Assembly: GCA_951406725.2 (NCBI GenBank)
Contig: OX597820.1
Location: 101,308,001-101,372,000 of the forward strand
Direction of reading: 5' to 3'
Source: Octopus vulgaris
Taxonomy: Eukaryota
Length of the DNA stretch: 64,000 nucleotides
Part shown: positions 49,337 through 63,782 of the stretch, in pieces
How positions within the stretch are numbered: position 1 is the stretch's first letter
Layout of the letters: each line of letters opens with the position of its first letter
Program-made: the position numbers and the translations under genes
The notes under the pieces: model-generated
What the model was told of the DNA's origin: nothing
Seen by the model: the letters and a program-made list of their open reading frames with translations, nothing else
Database searches by the model: none

Positions 49337-50957
49337 GTGAGTATTTTTCCATATTTCACATGACAAGAAATTTTTTTTTTAAATCATTAATATAATTAGC
49401 AGATGGTAATTCTATTACATTTATCCTGTATTAGTTCTCACTATTCAAAAATTTCTTGTAGACAAATAGGTGTAAAAACTCCAATTGAGTTTGAAGTGTC
49501 CTCTAACCAGATTAATAATGTTTGTGTTTCAGAGTGGCTATCTGCTCTTCAGCATCAGATACTAGAAAAGAGAATGTTCTGAACTGACAAGAGATGAGGG
49601 ATATCTCTTATTACATTCTCATCATCATACTGTGACTGGTTGCCCTAATTGGTGGTTTGCTGCAAATAGATGACATATTTAGATTGTATTTCAAGTCTCA
49701 AAGGGTGGGGAAAGTACCCATACCCAGTCAATGTACCTTCTGAGTTTGAAATTAAAGACATTTGGGTAAAGTTTGTAAGTTTGATGCTTGAATTGAAGTT
49801 TTTGCTAGTTCTGAGATGATGATAGGATATGGAGAGTTCCATTTGAAAAGTTGATATCTGGGGAAATGGATTGAGCATTTATTTTCAATAGGTTCAGTGT
49901 CATTGCATGTGGTGTGTGGAGTGTTCATACTGTGCAGGATAATACTTTTATATACGTGTATTTAGTGTAGTTGCAGGTATGTTATACTTAAAGAAGCGGG
50001 TAACTAATTTGGCTACATCACAGGGTGGCCAATTTCGCTACTGCACAGAGCAGCCAAAACTGTTGCGCCACTGACTAGGTGCAAGGCCAGAAGTTTAAAG
50101 AGGTGGAAAAACAGGATATCATGATTTCCTTGCATTTCTCAAAAACATTAGGGGCATAGATAACAAAAAATTAATTTGAATTAAGAGTTAAAACCTGATC
50201 ACATATTAGTCCTCATGGAATCTTATCTTTTACTCTATAAGTAAATGCTCATTTATACACAGCGTCACTTTTGTTTTATATTAAATTAGTGAACTGTTTT
50301 AATAGTAAATCACTCATTTGTAGTTTATTACCAAAATGGTATCATTCATTACATCTCTTACAGTAGTCCACGGCATATCTTATACTGTGAACTACTATGA
50401 ATTTTTGATGACTAATTTTCTGGTTGTATTAATTCACAGTAATAAATATATGCTGTGTCTTAATGGTTAGAATGTTGGGCTCATAATCATAAGGTTGTGG
50501 GTTTGATTCCTGGATTGAGTGGTGTGTTGTCTCCTTGAACAAAGCTCTTCATTTCACATTGTTCCAGTCTACTCAGCTGAAAATGAGTCCCAGCCAATTC
50601 CTAGCACAGTTCTACCCCACTCTCTCTCTCTTCAATTGTCACATCCCTGATGTTCTACTTGGTCAAGGGTAGGAGGGCCAAGAGTATGCTTGTTTCTGCT
50701 TGTAATTATGTGGTTACTTAAAACAAAGTTTAGTAGAAGCTACCAAGTCACACTCACACTTTTTCTTAAATATGTTAGCCTTCGTTTTAGAATATATTTA
50801 TTTTTAATTACTGTTGTAATAATAGTTTATTTACTTTTGTAAATTATTTGAAATTAGTTTTGTAAATTTTAAAAAATTGGTTTTGAATCTCATGTTTTAT
50901 TTTATTTTATATTTTTTACTTCCCCATCTTTTTTTTTCTTTTTTTTTTCATTTTTAG

Positions 50958-51419
50958 ATTTTCCTGAAGGTCAAGTTCAATATACAAATCCTGCCTATGA
51001 TTCTGATGGAAAGGACTCGGAAATTGTTTTAAGAGATCGCTCTAAGTCAGATACATCCACATGTTATTACTACGGAGAAGATCCAACTGAATTACGTAAT
51101 AAAGGCAAGAGAAAATTCATCAAGAACATAAAACCTGAAGCTTTCAAACGTCCATCTTATTCTTGCATCAATGCTGATGCTACCCCTCCTCTGACTGATG
51201 TTGTCCTTGTTGGCTACCGAAAGAAAAGTGCAGAAGAGACAACAGAAAGTCCACTGCAGTTAGGTACATTGGGTCCTGAATCAACATCTCCTCCCAGTGA
51301 TTTTTTCTCTGGGAATCATCTTTCCAACTCTGTATCCATGACTTCTTTGTTAACACGATCTTGTTGGAGTAGATCCAGTATAAACTCACTCCCGGAATAC
51401 ATTGATGAGTTACACTCAG
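50958..51419 (+). CDS. FAM135A: FAM135-family exon 8, Ser-rich low-complexity middle region (phase 1-1)
   Basis: Long poly-T tract with tttag| and donor cag|gtattc. 462 nt open in the expected phase: NFPEGQVQYTNPAYDSDGK...SSINSLPEYIDELHSG. The 3' boundary is less certain than the 5'. Confidence 0.82.
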
Positions 51420-52188
51420 GTATTCAGTCCATCTATTTATGTGTGTCTTTCTCTGTCTATCTCTATGTGTGTACGTGTGGATGTGTCTCTAGCTATTGTA
51501 ATCTATCTTCTTACCTTTTGCATAATTCTTTAGCTTTTTGAAATCTCTCCTAGATGTTTTAAACTGCTTTACTGTGTCATTATTTTAATCTTTCTTCAGA
51601 TAAGTTCTGCTTACTGTCATTAACAAAGCTGTTTAATCATTCTTTCAAACTTTCTTTAAAATAACTGGTTATGGTTTGGCTTAAGTTTTATTAAAATCAT
51701 TGTCAGTTTGCTGTTTGCTCCCTATTTCCTTCATTTCAGCCATTAGTTATGTGTTATTCCTTTAATATTCCTGCATTTCTGCTAAGACTCATTAGGTTAG
51801 TAAAGATTGGTCAGTGTACTTACCTCAGATTTTGTGTTTTTGTTTATACAAATCCACCACACTAGTTATGTCACACTCTTTACAAATGCCCAGCTTAACA
51901 AGGCCTGACAACAATGCTTCACAAAATCATTCAGAAGTCACACATCTTATGCAACTATAATTGCATTAACATGACCGTGTTTCCTTTGAGACTTCTTAGT
52001 GCTGCAAACTCATCAAAACTCTCAACAGATGCTAACTCTGTATGAAGTCTAGATATGCCCTATACTTGAGTATTACTGAAATAACCCGAGAAATTACAAC
52101 TGTACACACTCTGATGCGCATCCATACTTTTCTCACTTCTCACCCAACATCTGACTTTAATCAAGTCTTTGCTCATCATATATACACA

Positions 52189-52690
52189 TAACAAACTTGT
52201 TATCAGTTCAGATATGTTTGGGGCACATTTGAACCTGTAAGAAAGCCATTCACTCTATTTTGTCATGGAGAAAATTTCTCACTGTAGACAAATGAGTGTA
52301 AACACACGGAGTCAGTTTAAAATGCTTTCTAACCAGATGCATGCATTTCAGAGTGGTTATCTCCTCCTCAGCCTCAAATACCAAAAAAAGAACTCTATGA
52401 ACTGACAAGAGTTGATGGATATCTCTTATTATACATTGTACTGTGTCTGGTTGCGTTAATTGATGGCTTACTGTAAATAAAACACAGAATAGAAGCATCA
52501 AGCAGTGATGTGTATAAATACAAACTTGTCACCAGTTCAAATATGTGAAACTATAAGAAAGCCATTCTTCAGTGCATTTTGTCATGGAAAAAATTTCTTG
52601 TAATAGACAAATAAGTGTAAACACATCAAATAAGTTCAAAGTGCTCTCTAACCAGACTGATGGATGCATGCATTTCAGAGTGATTTATAT
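52189..52690. repeat. Unclassified ~330-bp repeat in partial tandem; third copy at ~49445-49670
   Basis: Shared aaaatttct...tagacaaat.agtgtaaa...ctaaccaga...tttcagagtg...tgaactgacaagag. Confidence 0.65.
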
Positions 52691-52692
52691 AA

Positions 52693-52729
<37 letters not shown>

Positions 52730-54567
52730 CTACAACCCAACTATCAAGCTGTTATATTTTCTGCCGCTTATACTGCTATTAACAGCTGTTAATTCTTTGT
52801 TTTCCAAGTTTGTACTCCCCATACCTAAACACACTTAATCTACTTACCTTTCTTTTAATCTAAAACTATGTCTTTCAGTGCTCACCCCTCCAGCTTTTGC
52901 CTCTTTCTCAACAATTAATCTATGATGATTCAGATGAATATTAAGTGCTTTAGCCTCACATACTTTCTCTGACCCTACAACCTAGGAAGGTTTTGCCAAA
53001 GCTATACATACTTCACTTTCTTTTGCTTAGACTAACAACAGCAAAAAAAAAAAGAAAAAAAAAGGTGAAAATATTTCTGTGTGATTGGCATGTTTTTCTA
53101 TTGTCTTTGAGTAACTTTTTCTTGTTACACAGGTTAACAGATTTACTGACAACACCGCCTCTTGCAGCATAAATAAAACACAAAACAGTCAGGTTTTTAC
53201 ATTCTGATCAATCTTTACTAGATATTTCCTACCCAAGACTTGTGCTGATTTTGTCTTTGAAAGTAAGAATGATAGTTTCAGCATTCAGCTGTTGTAACTA
53301 TGTAACCAAAACATATTTATGTAAGAAATCTCAAAAAAACAAAAAAAAAACTAAGCATAATGGTCAGTTAATGAATGTATATTGAACAGTCAGCAGTAGA
53401 AATTTAGTATCTATAGCAACTGCAATCATAAATGCAATATGTTAACTTGTATGAAGAGGAGTTCTTAATTAGCTAAGTTAAATTAGCTATTGTCATGTAC
53501 ACATACTCAATAAGGACACGCAATGCAGAAGGTTAGGAGTTTAGTGTTTTATCAGCTTAGTCTCTGAATTGCTTTTGAAATTCATAAGGTTCTGAAGTGA
53601 AGTTATGATAATTTATCTACTTTTAAGGTTAACTATTCATTTGTAAATAGTAAATTAACGCCTAGTTTAGTGTAATCTATATATTTAACTGCCAGTACAA
53701 ATTCTGAGACTAAATAGTAAGTGAAAAGCAAAAATGCCTTCTACCTTGATAGTGAATGTCTTCAGTATTTACATGAGGAACTGAATAAGGCTGAAAGTTC
53801 TTGTACCAAACTCTGATGTTTAAGAGAATATGCTTCATTTAACATACTGAAATAAAATAAATTATTGAAAATTATGTCATGTCTAGCTTGTGGGTCTTCA
53901 TCTGATTCAACTAGTGGTGTTCAACAACAACAACAACATCCAAATGTATGACTTTTGTAAATTGTCTCTGTATTTGACCCTACATCTCATTTAATCAATT
54001 GGTTTATCTGTGTGTGTGGGTGTTTCCAATAATCACTTTAAACTCTCAACCTTTTTATTCTTTTCCTTCAACTAGTTTTCCTGCTTTGATAAGAAAGAAA
54101 ATCTAAAGTTACGAGTGAAAAAATTATCCCTTCTTGTATAATTCATCTAAACTGAAAATAGGAAAGCTATGTTGATTACTGCATTGTATTACAATGTAAA
54201 GCAAAATGACAAATTTTATTACATATATTTTAGTTCAGTCACCGTTTTAGTGGTGATAATGAAATTGAAATTAAGAAGACATTTTTAATCCTTCAACATT
54301 TAACCCAGCCATATCTAGCCAAATATTCTGGCCATTTTATGTTCGAGCTGGCCAGAGCTGACCTTTCACACCTACCTTAGAATATCATTCTAAAAATAAA
54401 CAACCGCAACATTGAAATCTCAAAGCTATGAGATAATGCATGATTAATTCAAAACAATAAATAAGCATTACATTTCACAATTATCTGAGTGCTGAAGAGT
54501 TAACATTTCTATCATGGACCAATAACTGGAAGGCTTGAACTAAGAAATGGGATCTAATGAAAACCTT

Positions 54568-55135
54568 CATCCTCATCATCGTCATCATCATCATCATCAT
54601 CATCATTTAATGTCTGTTGTCCATGCAGGTATGGATTGGATGGTTTGACCAGGGCTGGCAAGCTGGAAGGCTGCACCAGACTCCAGTCTGATTTGGCATG
54701 GTTTCTATGGCTGGATGCCCTTCCTAATGCCAACCACTCCGAGAGTGTAATGGGTGCTTTTATGTGCCACCAGCGTGAGTGCCATTTGCATGACACCATT
54801 ATCTGCTACAACTATGATTTTACTTGACTTAAGGGGTCTTCTTCTCAAGCATGGCATAATGCCAAAAGTCTCGGTCATTCGTCATTGCCTCCTTGAGGCC
54901 CAACACTCAAAAGGTGCTTTTCGTGTGCCACCAGCATCGGCCACTTTGCCTCTGTGAGGCTCATTACTTGAAAGGTGCTTTTTATGTGCAACTGGCATGG
55001 GTGCCAGTTTTGTGACACCAGTATCGGCCATGACTATGATTTCACTTGCCTTAACGGGTCTTCTCATGCAACACTCGAAAGGTGCTTTTCATGTACCACC
55101 AGGATTGGCCACTTTGCCTCTGTGAGGCCCAACCT
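54568..55135 (-). mobile_element. Family-B-related element with degenerate internal tandem units
   Basis: (cat)n tail, conserved 3' block and repeated gaggcccaacactcaaaaggtgcttt. Confidence 0.8.
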
Positions 55136-57391
55136 TATCAGTTCAATAATGCTACAATGCCTCATTGGTCAGATGACTATTAGAAACCTAATTAATCAGA
55201 TGTTCAGGCATCGTTGGCAAAGGAAGTGTCCAGTTTAATATTTGAATGTGATTTTGAATCTTTGAAAATGACTTAAATTCAACATATCAGTTTTACTTGG
55301 ATTCCAACAACTTAAAGGTTAAGTGAATCTTTGCAGAATTAACATGAAACTTACTTGTAAATTATTAATTTCTTGTTTGGTATAATGGAATTATTGCCTT
55401 GCTTTTATTTCAAATAAGATTTTAGTATTAGATAAGTAATTTATTGTTCATTAACATATATGATTAAATTTCGTAAATTGTAAATGTATAGCCATGTTAG
55501 TTGTTGTTGTTGTTGTTGAATATCTCAAGTTGTCTCTAACTACACAGGTATATAACTTAAAGGTAGTTGATAAAATGTTATAGAATAAACTATATTGTAT
55601 TGTACAGTGGATAAGACCATGTTGCATCCTCTACAATACTTATACCTTGTTTGGAAGAGCAGTATTTCTATATGAAACTCAGGCTAATTACATTGCTTCA
55701 AATAAATACTATTTTAGGGAATCTATTTAATTTCAAGGTTTTCTTTTAGCAGAACAGGACTTTTGAATTCCATTGACATTTCCTCTACATTTTATGAAAG
55801 GAATTAATAATCCTCATTTAGTACTGTTAATAAATAAATTAATTAATAACTTTGGTTCTGTACAGAAGCAATCTGATATGGCTGATAGAAGTTTTGTCAT
55901 GAATTGTAATTTGATGCGCTTTTATATTTCAGTGAAGCTTTTCCCATGCGCTTTGTCTTCTCTGTGATATTGATTTCATGTGTCTTCAAAAGAGTGCCAA
56001 AAGCATGCTGCTGATCTTTTCTCTAAATTTCCTCACTTTGACTTCTGTGTTCTTTGTTGTTTGTTCTGCTGAATGCTTTGTCTACACTGTGATGTGTTCA
56101 CCATGCACCATCATTTTTTCGGTTCAGGAATTTCATTTTTCTTTTTTTTTTTCCATTTTCTTCACTCTTAAAATATATTTCACTGCTGTTTGATTTTTGT
56201 TTTGTTTTGCATTTATCATGCCATTGTAAAGTATGATCTTACTCTTTAATTATAAAATATTCCTTGTGCAGTTTGTATCATTTAAAATCTAAATTCTCTT
56301 CAGTACCATTCCACTGTAAGGAAGCCAGCCTTTCTAAGCTTCTTCATAGAGTTACAAGTACATTGTTTCAAACTAATTCATCTGTCAGGCTGCATCAAGT
56401 CATTCATTTCCTATCCTCCCTTTTATTTTTTTTTCCATTTCTATGGAGTCATGGATGTAGATTTGATACATTTGTACTGGAGTGGTAACTAAAATACTTC
56501 ATGTTTCATTTTCATTTTTACTTTATTTTTATTATTATTATTATTTTTTTTTTTTTTGAAATCAGAGACATCCACCATCAGGATATTAGGAGATATTCAT
56601 TTTCTCAGAAGTAGTTTATGATTGCATTTTCTAGGTGCGAATGGGAATTTGAGGTTAAAACTGCAACAAAAGACTCCTTTGTTAATCATATAGTAGTTGG
56701 TGTTATCTACAACAGGGTATCAATGGTAGTATACTTAAACATGAATCCAGTACATAATTAGGGACAGTAAGTTGTTAAGAGTTGTATATCTTTACTAAAT
56801 ACACTTTGTGATCATACATCAGGGATGAAGTATGTATCAAGGTTTGATTACTTTAGCAGGTAGGTTGATATTCTATTAACTAGCTACCAATATCTCTATG
56901 AAAATGAATGATATCTATTGCTTTTGTAAGTTAGTTGGAGAAGGAGGAGCAATGATGATGACCTTTGCAGGCCTCCCAGACTGGAAAGATTGAGTAGTAG
57001 TTTCTCAGCTTGAATAATATCTGCAGGGAAAAATGTGCATAGCAAGGGGAAAGGGGGAATCTCTGGTAAAACAATAAATGCTAATGCACACATACACTGA
57101 GTTAATTAATGTGAGATAAACATTGATTATACAATTAGATTCATGACCATCGTTTTGTTTGGTTGGTTGGTCATGTCTGTTTGAAAGTAATAAAATAACT
57201 TTGACACATTACTTTTAAATTACATTTTGGAAAGTAAGAGACAAAGCAGACACAACCTGCACTATATGGGCAGTGTAAGGCAAAGGCATTTTATGAATGG
57301 GTACAAATGATGTGATCGGTGCCTGACAGAGAAGCTCTACATTATTCCATCATCCTATTTCTATCTCATATAATAAGAATGTGCTAGTATT

Positions 57392-57887
57392 GGTTTCAAA
57401 TACTGCTAAGCATTTTGCCCAGTGTGCTAACGGTTCTACCAGCTCACCATCTTAGAATGTCCTAATATTTATTTCTTTATTGCCCACAGGGGGCTAAACA
57501 TAGAGGGGAAAAACAAGGACAGACAAAGGGAGTAAGTTGATTACATCGACCCCAGTGCATAACTGGTACTTATTTAATCAACCCTGAAAGGATGAAAGGC
57601 AAAGTCGACACTTGGCAGAATTTAAACTCAGAACGTAATGGCAGATGAAATACCTATTCTTTTACTACCCACAAGGGGCTAAACATAGAAGGGACAAACA
57701 AGGACAGACATAGGTATTAAGTCAATTACATCGACCCTAGTGCATAACTGGTACTTAATTTATCGACCCCGAAAGGATGAAAAGTAAAGTCGATCTCGGC
57801 GGAATTTGAACTGACAACGTAACAACAGACGAAATACCGCTAAGCATTTCGCCCGGCATGCTAACGTTTCTGCCAGCTCACTGCCTT
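57392..57887 (-). mobile_element. Stack of family-C SINEs (old remnant plus young dimer)
   Basis: Two tandem bodies (57470-57655 and 57655-57887) flanked by agaatgtcctaatatt repeats. Confidence 0.85.
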
Positions 57888-58045
57888 AGAATGTCCTAAT
57901 ATTGACTTGCTGTCACATTCCCAAATTCTCTGGGAATTTCAATGAAGACACCCCACCACCATCCCACCTGTAGCATGATAGATGACAACTGACAGTCTAC
58001 ATTTATTTTATTACTTTCAACCCTACCCACACCTGTTAAGTCTCA

Positions 58046-58089
<44 letters not shown>

Positions 58090-58459
58090 TGTTTTGTCTG
58101 GAGACATATTCCCCCCACTCTCTCTTGCCACCTATCACTTATGAATGAATAAGTCTTAGTATCATATGCCATACTTTTGCTAATTGTTTTAGGTTCTTAT
58201 GTAATTGTGATCAGACATGGACACCTTCTTAGTTTGCTTCCTCTTGAGTATGTGACAGCTGGAAGCAAAGAGGGCAGTGCCAGCACTTGGCTCATACTCA
58301 TTTTCAGACTAGTAGTGTGAAGCAGAATGCCTTGCTCAAGGACAATGTACTACCCAGTCAAGAAATTGACCCCTTGACTGTTGAGCCAAACACCTGTAAT
58401 CAATAGGCCGTGCAGCTTTACATAAATAAATAGAATAACTAGCTAGCTAGTTAAATCAA

Positions 58460-58498
<39 letters not shown>

Positions 58499-58499
58499 T

Positions 58500-58541
<42 letters not shown>

Positions 58542-60090
58542 ATCCGCTGTAGGAAATAACTGAATGTTAAAAACAGTAAAGGAGTACTTTGTTTTTATTG
58601 TCTTTTTCCAATATAATCAGATGTTATAGCTCACATCTATTACACCTCTATCTATCTATCTATTTATTTACATATATGCTTACACACACACACGAAATGG
58701 ATTGATAAGCTTTATCTCTATGCTACAAGTATCTTCTTCAAATAGGATATTTCTGGATCCTTAAAACAACTTCAGAAGTTACCCAGGGAACTTAAACATG
58801 AAACTAATTTCATAGCTTCATAGCCAGTTTTAGCATTTAAAAATAGAATTTGATATTCCATTTTTTTTCCTAAAAAACAAAACGACCAAAACAAAACAAA
58901 ACAAAAAGAAAACCCAAAGATTTTTGTATAACATCTCTTCATTGGACATTTAAGCAATATTTCCTGAATCGATTCTGTCCCTATTTTTCATTTTCTCATC
59001 TCATGTCATCTGTTCTTTTTCTGTTTGATTAGCTTTCATTGTTAAACATTTGAAAGCTCCCTCATCCCCTGTCCTCCATTCCCCTGCCATTTAGTCTCTT
59101 CTTTAATTCTCTTAATTAAATTAGTCAACACGGACAACATTACTCATAAGGAACACGGGTTTGATGCAGAAAAATGTGCTATGCATGCTTGAAACTTTCT
59201 CTGTTACAATGGAATTCAAGGGATGGCTTGTGCAATACCATTTCTAAGGATTTGGCTAGATGACTAAGGTAGCATTAATGAAGCGCTGATAAAAGTTTTT
59301 CTCTGGAATGTGTCTATTCAACTGATAACAAAAATGGTTTTTGGGCCTGTTTCTATTAAAAAATTTTTTTTCTTCGAAGTGTTATTTTACATGAGTTAAC
59401 TCTATGCATGTGAAAGTGTGTACTATGTGCATAAATATATTTGTGCTGTTGTGAGAGTAGTAACTGTGAATAAGAACTAGCTTGAACTGTGATGACTTGT
59501 CTAACCTATGCCAGCACGAGAAATACATGTAAAAGTGGTGATGATGATGTCTACAATATCTACAATATCTTATGATGAGTTGTTTTCTTATGGGTGTCAT
59601 AAGTTCGTTGGCACAATTGATTTTATGCCCTTTTCATGATTAACTTACTACTCAATTGTAAAATGAGAGTGGAATCTATTATCAGTTAGCCAGACTAAGG
59701 CAAGTAGGATTATATGGTTTAATCAGAAGCACAACCCGAACATATGCGTGTGCATGCGTATAAAACACACATGCATGAATGATTGTTTTTTTTGTTTTTG
59801 TTTTTTTAAGGATATCCTCTCTTAAAATCCAGCAAGGAACATTGTGCATTTCTTATTTCTATCCCATAGATTTCATATAACTACAAACTGTGCTTCATGT
59901 TAATATCATGTAGAGTTGTAGAATAACAGTCGCATTAGGACACCAGACAAAATAACACCTTGTGGTACTTTTTGCTTTGTTTCTCTTCACATTCTGAGTT
60001 CAAGTCTGGCAGGGTTGACTTTACTCTCATACCTCTTAGATCAAAATTAATGTCAACTATATACCGACCAGAGATTCAATATTTGCAGCC

Positions 60091-60309
60091 TTACTCTTTT
60101 ACTCTTTTACTTGTTTCAGTCATTTTGACTGTGGCCATGCTGGAGCACCACCTTTTTAATCGAGCAACTCGACCCCGGGACTTATTCTTTGTAAGCCCAG
60201 TACTTATTCTATCGGTCTCTTTTACCGAACCGCTAAGTGACGGGGACATAAACACACCAGCATCGGTTGTCAAGCAATGCTAGGGGGACAAACACAGACA
60301 CACAAACAC

Positions 60310-60382
<73 letters not shown>

Positions 60383-60543
60383 CATATACGACGGGCTTCT
60401 TTCAGTTTCCATCTACCAAATCCACTCACAAGGCATTGGTCGGCCCGAGGCTATAGCAGAAGACACTTGCCCAAGGTGCCACGCAGTGGGACTGAACCCG
60501 GAACCATGTGGTTGGTAAACAAGCTACTTACCACACAGCCACA
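60091..60543 (-). mobile_element. Family-A SINE, young near-full-length copy
   Basis: Near-identical to 28371-28799 apart from the internal microsatellite. Confidence 0.9.
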
Positions 60544-61589
60544 AAATTGATATTGTTATGTAGTTGAAAAAGTGAACACAGGCCATCAGATTTGACTTTT
60601 ACTATCATTGAAGAATTAGTATTCTGAAATTGTTGATGTGCATTAATGTTGTATGTCTCCTATAATATGTTATGAATAGTATGGGTATTTCTTGTGTTGT
60701 GTTTTTTTTTCTTTTCTGTTTTTGTTTGTTTAGTTTATATGTTGTGTATTGGAGTTAAACATTTTCATTGCTATTTCAGTCTATGTATAGGGGCAAGCAT
60801 CGCCACGTAGTTGCAACCATGTGGTTTGGGTTCAGTCCTTCTGTGTAACACTTTAAGCAAAGTGCCCTTACCTATAGCTTCAGGCCAACCAATACTTTGT
60901 GAGTTAATTTGGTAGACAGAAACTGTTCTTGTCCCACTGATCACCACTTGATAACTAGTATTAGTTTGTTTATATCTCATAGGTTAGCAGTGTGGCAAAA
61001 GAACCAATAGATTTTAAAAATTAAATACATGGGTCAATTTGATCAACTAAACCCTTCAAGATGGTACCCCTCTATATGTCCAAGTAACCAAAGTATAATG
61101 ACTGAAAGAGATGATATATAAAATCTCTTTCTGTCGTGTGTGTATATATATATATAATCTCTTTCTGTTGTATACACACACACGCACACACACTTGTAAA
61201 TGGATGTATACTCATTAGGAGAATAGTTTTAGGAAATGAAATGTTTATTTTTATTATTATTCTCTTTACTTTTTTAGTTCCTCAAAAAAGTGAGTTGCGC
61301 TCTCTAAGAACATTGTATTTGAGGTTCATCTTGAACTTCTTCCTCAAATAGATTTCTGAAAGAGTAGAAAGCATGTTTAAGGAATGAAGGTTGGCTAAAG
61401 GTGTTAAAAGCATGAGGGTTGAAGATGTGAGCGAATGTTCAGCAGAAAGGATAAAGAGGCATGTAGAATAGGTATATGAGACCGAGTTTACATATTTGGT
61501 AACTTCAGCAGAAGAAGAGAGAGACTGTAGTGTTGACAATAATGGCCTGAACTATTGATCTAAAAAATGTCACAGGTTCCCTAATGTAG

Positions 61590-62300
61590 CCAAGAAGCTC
61601 TCTTTAACCATGTACTTTCTGGTTCAGTCCCACTGCACAGCATCATGGACAAGTGTCTTCTACTACAGCCACAGGCCTATCAATGCTTTGTGAGTGAATT
61701 TGATAGACAGAAATTATGTGGAAGCTCATTGTGTGTATATATATGTATTCATATATGTTTATATGTGTATGTATATATATGTATGTGTGTGTGGCACGTA
61801 AAAAAGCACCATCTGATCATGGCCGTTTGCCAGCCTCGTCTGGCACCTGTGCAGGTGGCACGTAAAAATCACCCACTACACTCACGGAGTGGTTGGTGTT
61901 AGGAAGGGCATCCAGCTGTAGAAACACTGCCAGATCAGACTGGGCCTGGCGCAGCCTACCGGCTTCCCAGACCCCAGTTGAACCGTCCAACCCATGCTAG
62001 CATGGAAAACAGATGTTAAACGATGATGATGATGATATATATATATATATATATATGTATTTATCTGTGTGTCTTTGTGTCGGTGTTTGTTGTGTTCCCC
62101 CCCACCCACCCAACTTCTTGACAACTTGTGCTGGTTTGTTTACATCCTCGTAACTTAGTGGTTCAGCTAAATATAGCCAGTAGAATAAGTACCGAACTTA
62201 AAATAAGTACTGAGGTTGATTTGTTCAATAATAATTGAAAAAAAAAACCCAACCCTTCATTGCCACAGTCCAATGACTGGAAGTGAGCAAAAAGATGACT
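61590..62300 (+). mobile_element. Family-A SINE interrupted in its internal microsatellite by a family-B element (61792-62035)
   Basis: A-type head, TA/TG tract, family-B units and tail, then the A-type 3' half. Confidence 0.75.
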
Positions 62301-62684
62301 GAAAGTATGTAGTATACATATTTTCCAGTTGAGTGATTAACGTTGAAGATCACAATTTCATTGTGAAATGTAATATCAGTCTATCTAGAATCTTCCAGCA
62401 TATTAAACGTGGAACAGCAGTTGTAAAATGCTTGAAATAACTAGCAACATTTTTTTTTCATGTACAGGCATAAATCCTGATGTTTGTTAGGTGGGAAGGA
62501 AGTAGGAGGTTTTAATGTTCATGCAAGGACATTATGATATTGAATGTCAGTATGACATTAAAGAAAGTTCCCTGCGTGGAACTGGGATTCAGCAGTTGTT
62601 ACTCTAATGCTGGAAGTAGTTGTAGTAACAGTGGTGGAGTTGTGGTAGAGTTGTAATAACACTGATGATGATGATGATGATACT

Positions 62685-63480
62685 GCTACTGGTTTCAAAT
62701 TTTGGCATGAGGCCAGCAGTTATAGGGAAAAGTGTAAGTTGATTTCATCGACCCCAGTACTCAACTGGTACTTATTTTATTGACCCCGAAAGGATGAAAA
62801 GCTATGTCAACTTTGGTGGAATTTGAATTTAGAACATAAAGATGGATGAAATGCCACTAAACATTTTGTCCACCATGCTAACAATTCTGCCACCTTAATA
62901 ATAATAATGATAATAATAAGAATAAGAATAATCCTTTCTACTACAGGCACAAGGTCTGAAATTTCTGTTAGGTGTCTAGTCGATTATATTGACCCCAGTA
63001 CTCAACTGGTACTTATTTTACCAAACCCAAAAGGATGAAAGGCAAAGTCAACCTCAGTGGAATTTGAACTCAGAACATAAAGATGGACGAAATGTCACTA
63101 ATCATTTTGTCTACCTTAAAATTTAATATAATTCTTTCTACTATAAGCACAGGATCTGAAACTTTTGGGGGTGTGGCTATTCAATTATATCGACCCCGGT
63201 GCTCAACTGGCACTTACTTTTACCAGCACAAAAAAGGATGAAAAACAAAATTGACCTTTGTAGAATTTGCACTCAGGACATAAAGCTGGAGAAAAGGCCA
63301 TTAAGTATTTTGTACAGCATGCTAATGATTCTCCTCGCCTGGCATCTATCTTGACTAAAAGACTGAGAAAACACCGTTTGGCTAAAATCTAAAATGAATG
63401 AAAATTAAAGTTGATCTTGGTGGAATTTTATCTCTGAAAGTAAAAAGCTAGAACAAATACTGCAGGCTATTTTATCATCC
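62685..63480 (-). mobile_element. Tandem cluster of 3-4 family-C variant SINEs
   Basis: Repeated gaccccagtactcaactggtacttatttta...aaggatgaaa...ggaatttgaa. Confidence 0.8.
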
Positions 63481-63562
63481 ATTCTCATAATTTTGCCAAC
63501 TCATATCAACTGTGCTATCTATTATTCAAGATGTGTGTGTGTGTGTGTATGTGTGTGTTTAA

Positions 63563-63782
63563 CCCTTTCGTTACCAACCCAGCTGAAACCAGCTCTGGCT
63601 CTGAGTATAAATGTCTTGTTTTCATAAGTTTTGAATTAAAATCTTCCGCCAAACCTTACTCACAATTTATGTTCCTAACACCAGCTGAATGATAACCAAG
63701 TTGTTTTACTAAATTCTTTGTTATATTTAAAGTAATTGAAAGAGACATAGAGCATCCCAAAATAAATATGGTAACGAAAGGG
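63563..63782. mobile_element. piggyBac-type MITE (family P1), young
   Basis: TTAA TSDs at 63559-63562 and 63783-63786. 14-bp TIR ccctttcgttacca / tggtaacgaaaggg. Confidence 0.92.

Noticed and set aside
53133-53190. Possible next FAM135 exon after ttacacag or ttaacag
   Set aside because: Both acceptors give early stops in the required phase 1.
61282-61550. 85-aa minus-strand ORF
   Set aside because: No recognisable domain or splice structure; probably an old LINE 3' remnant.
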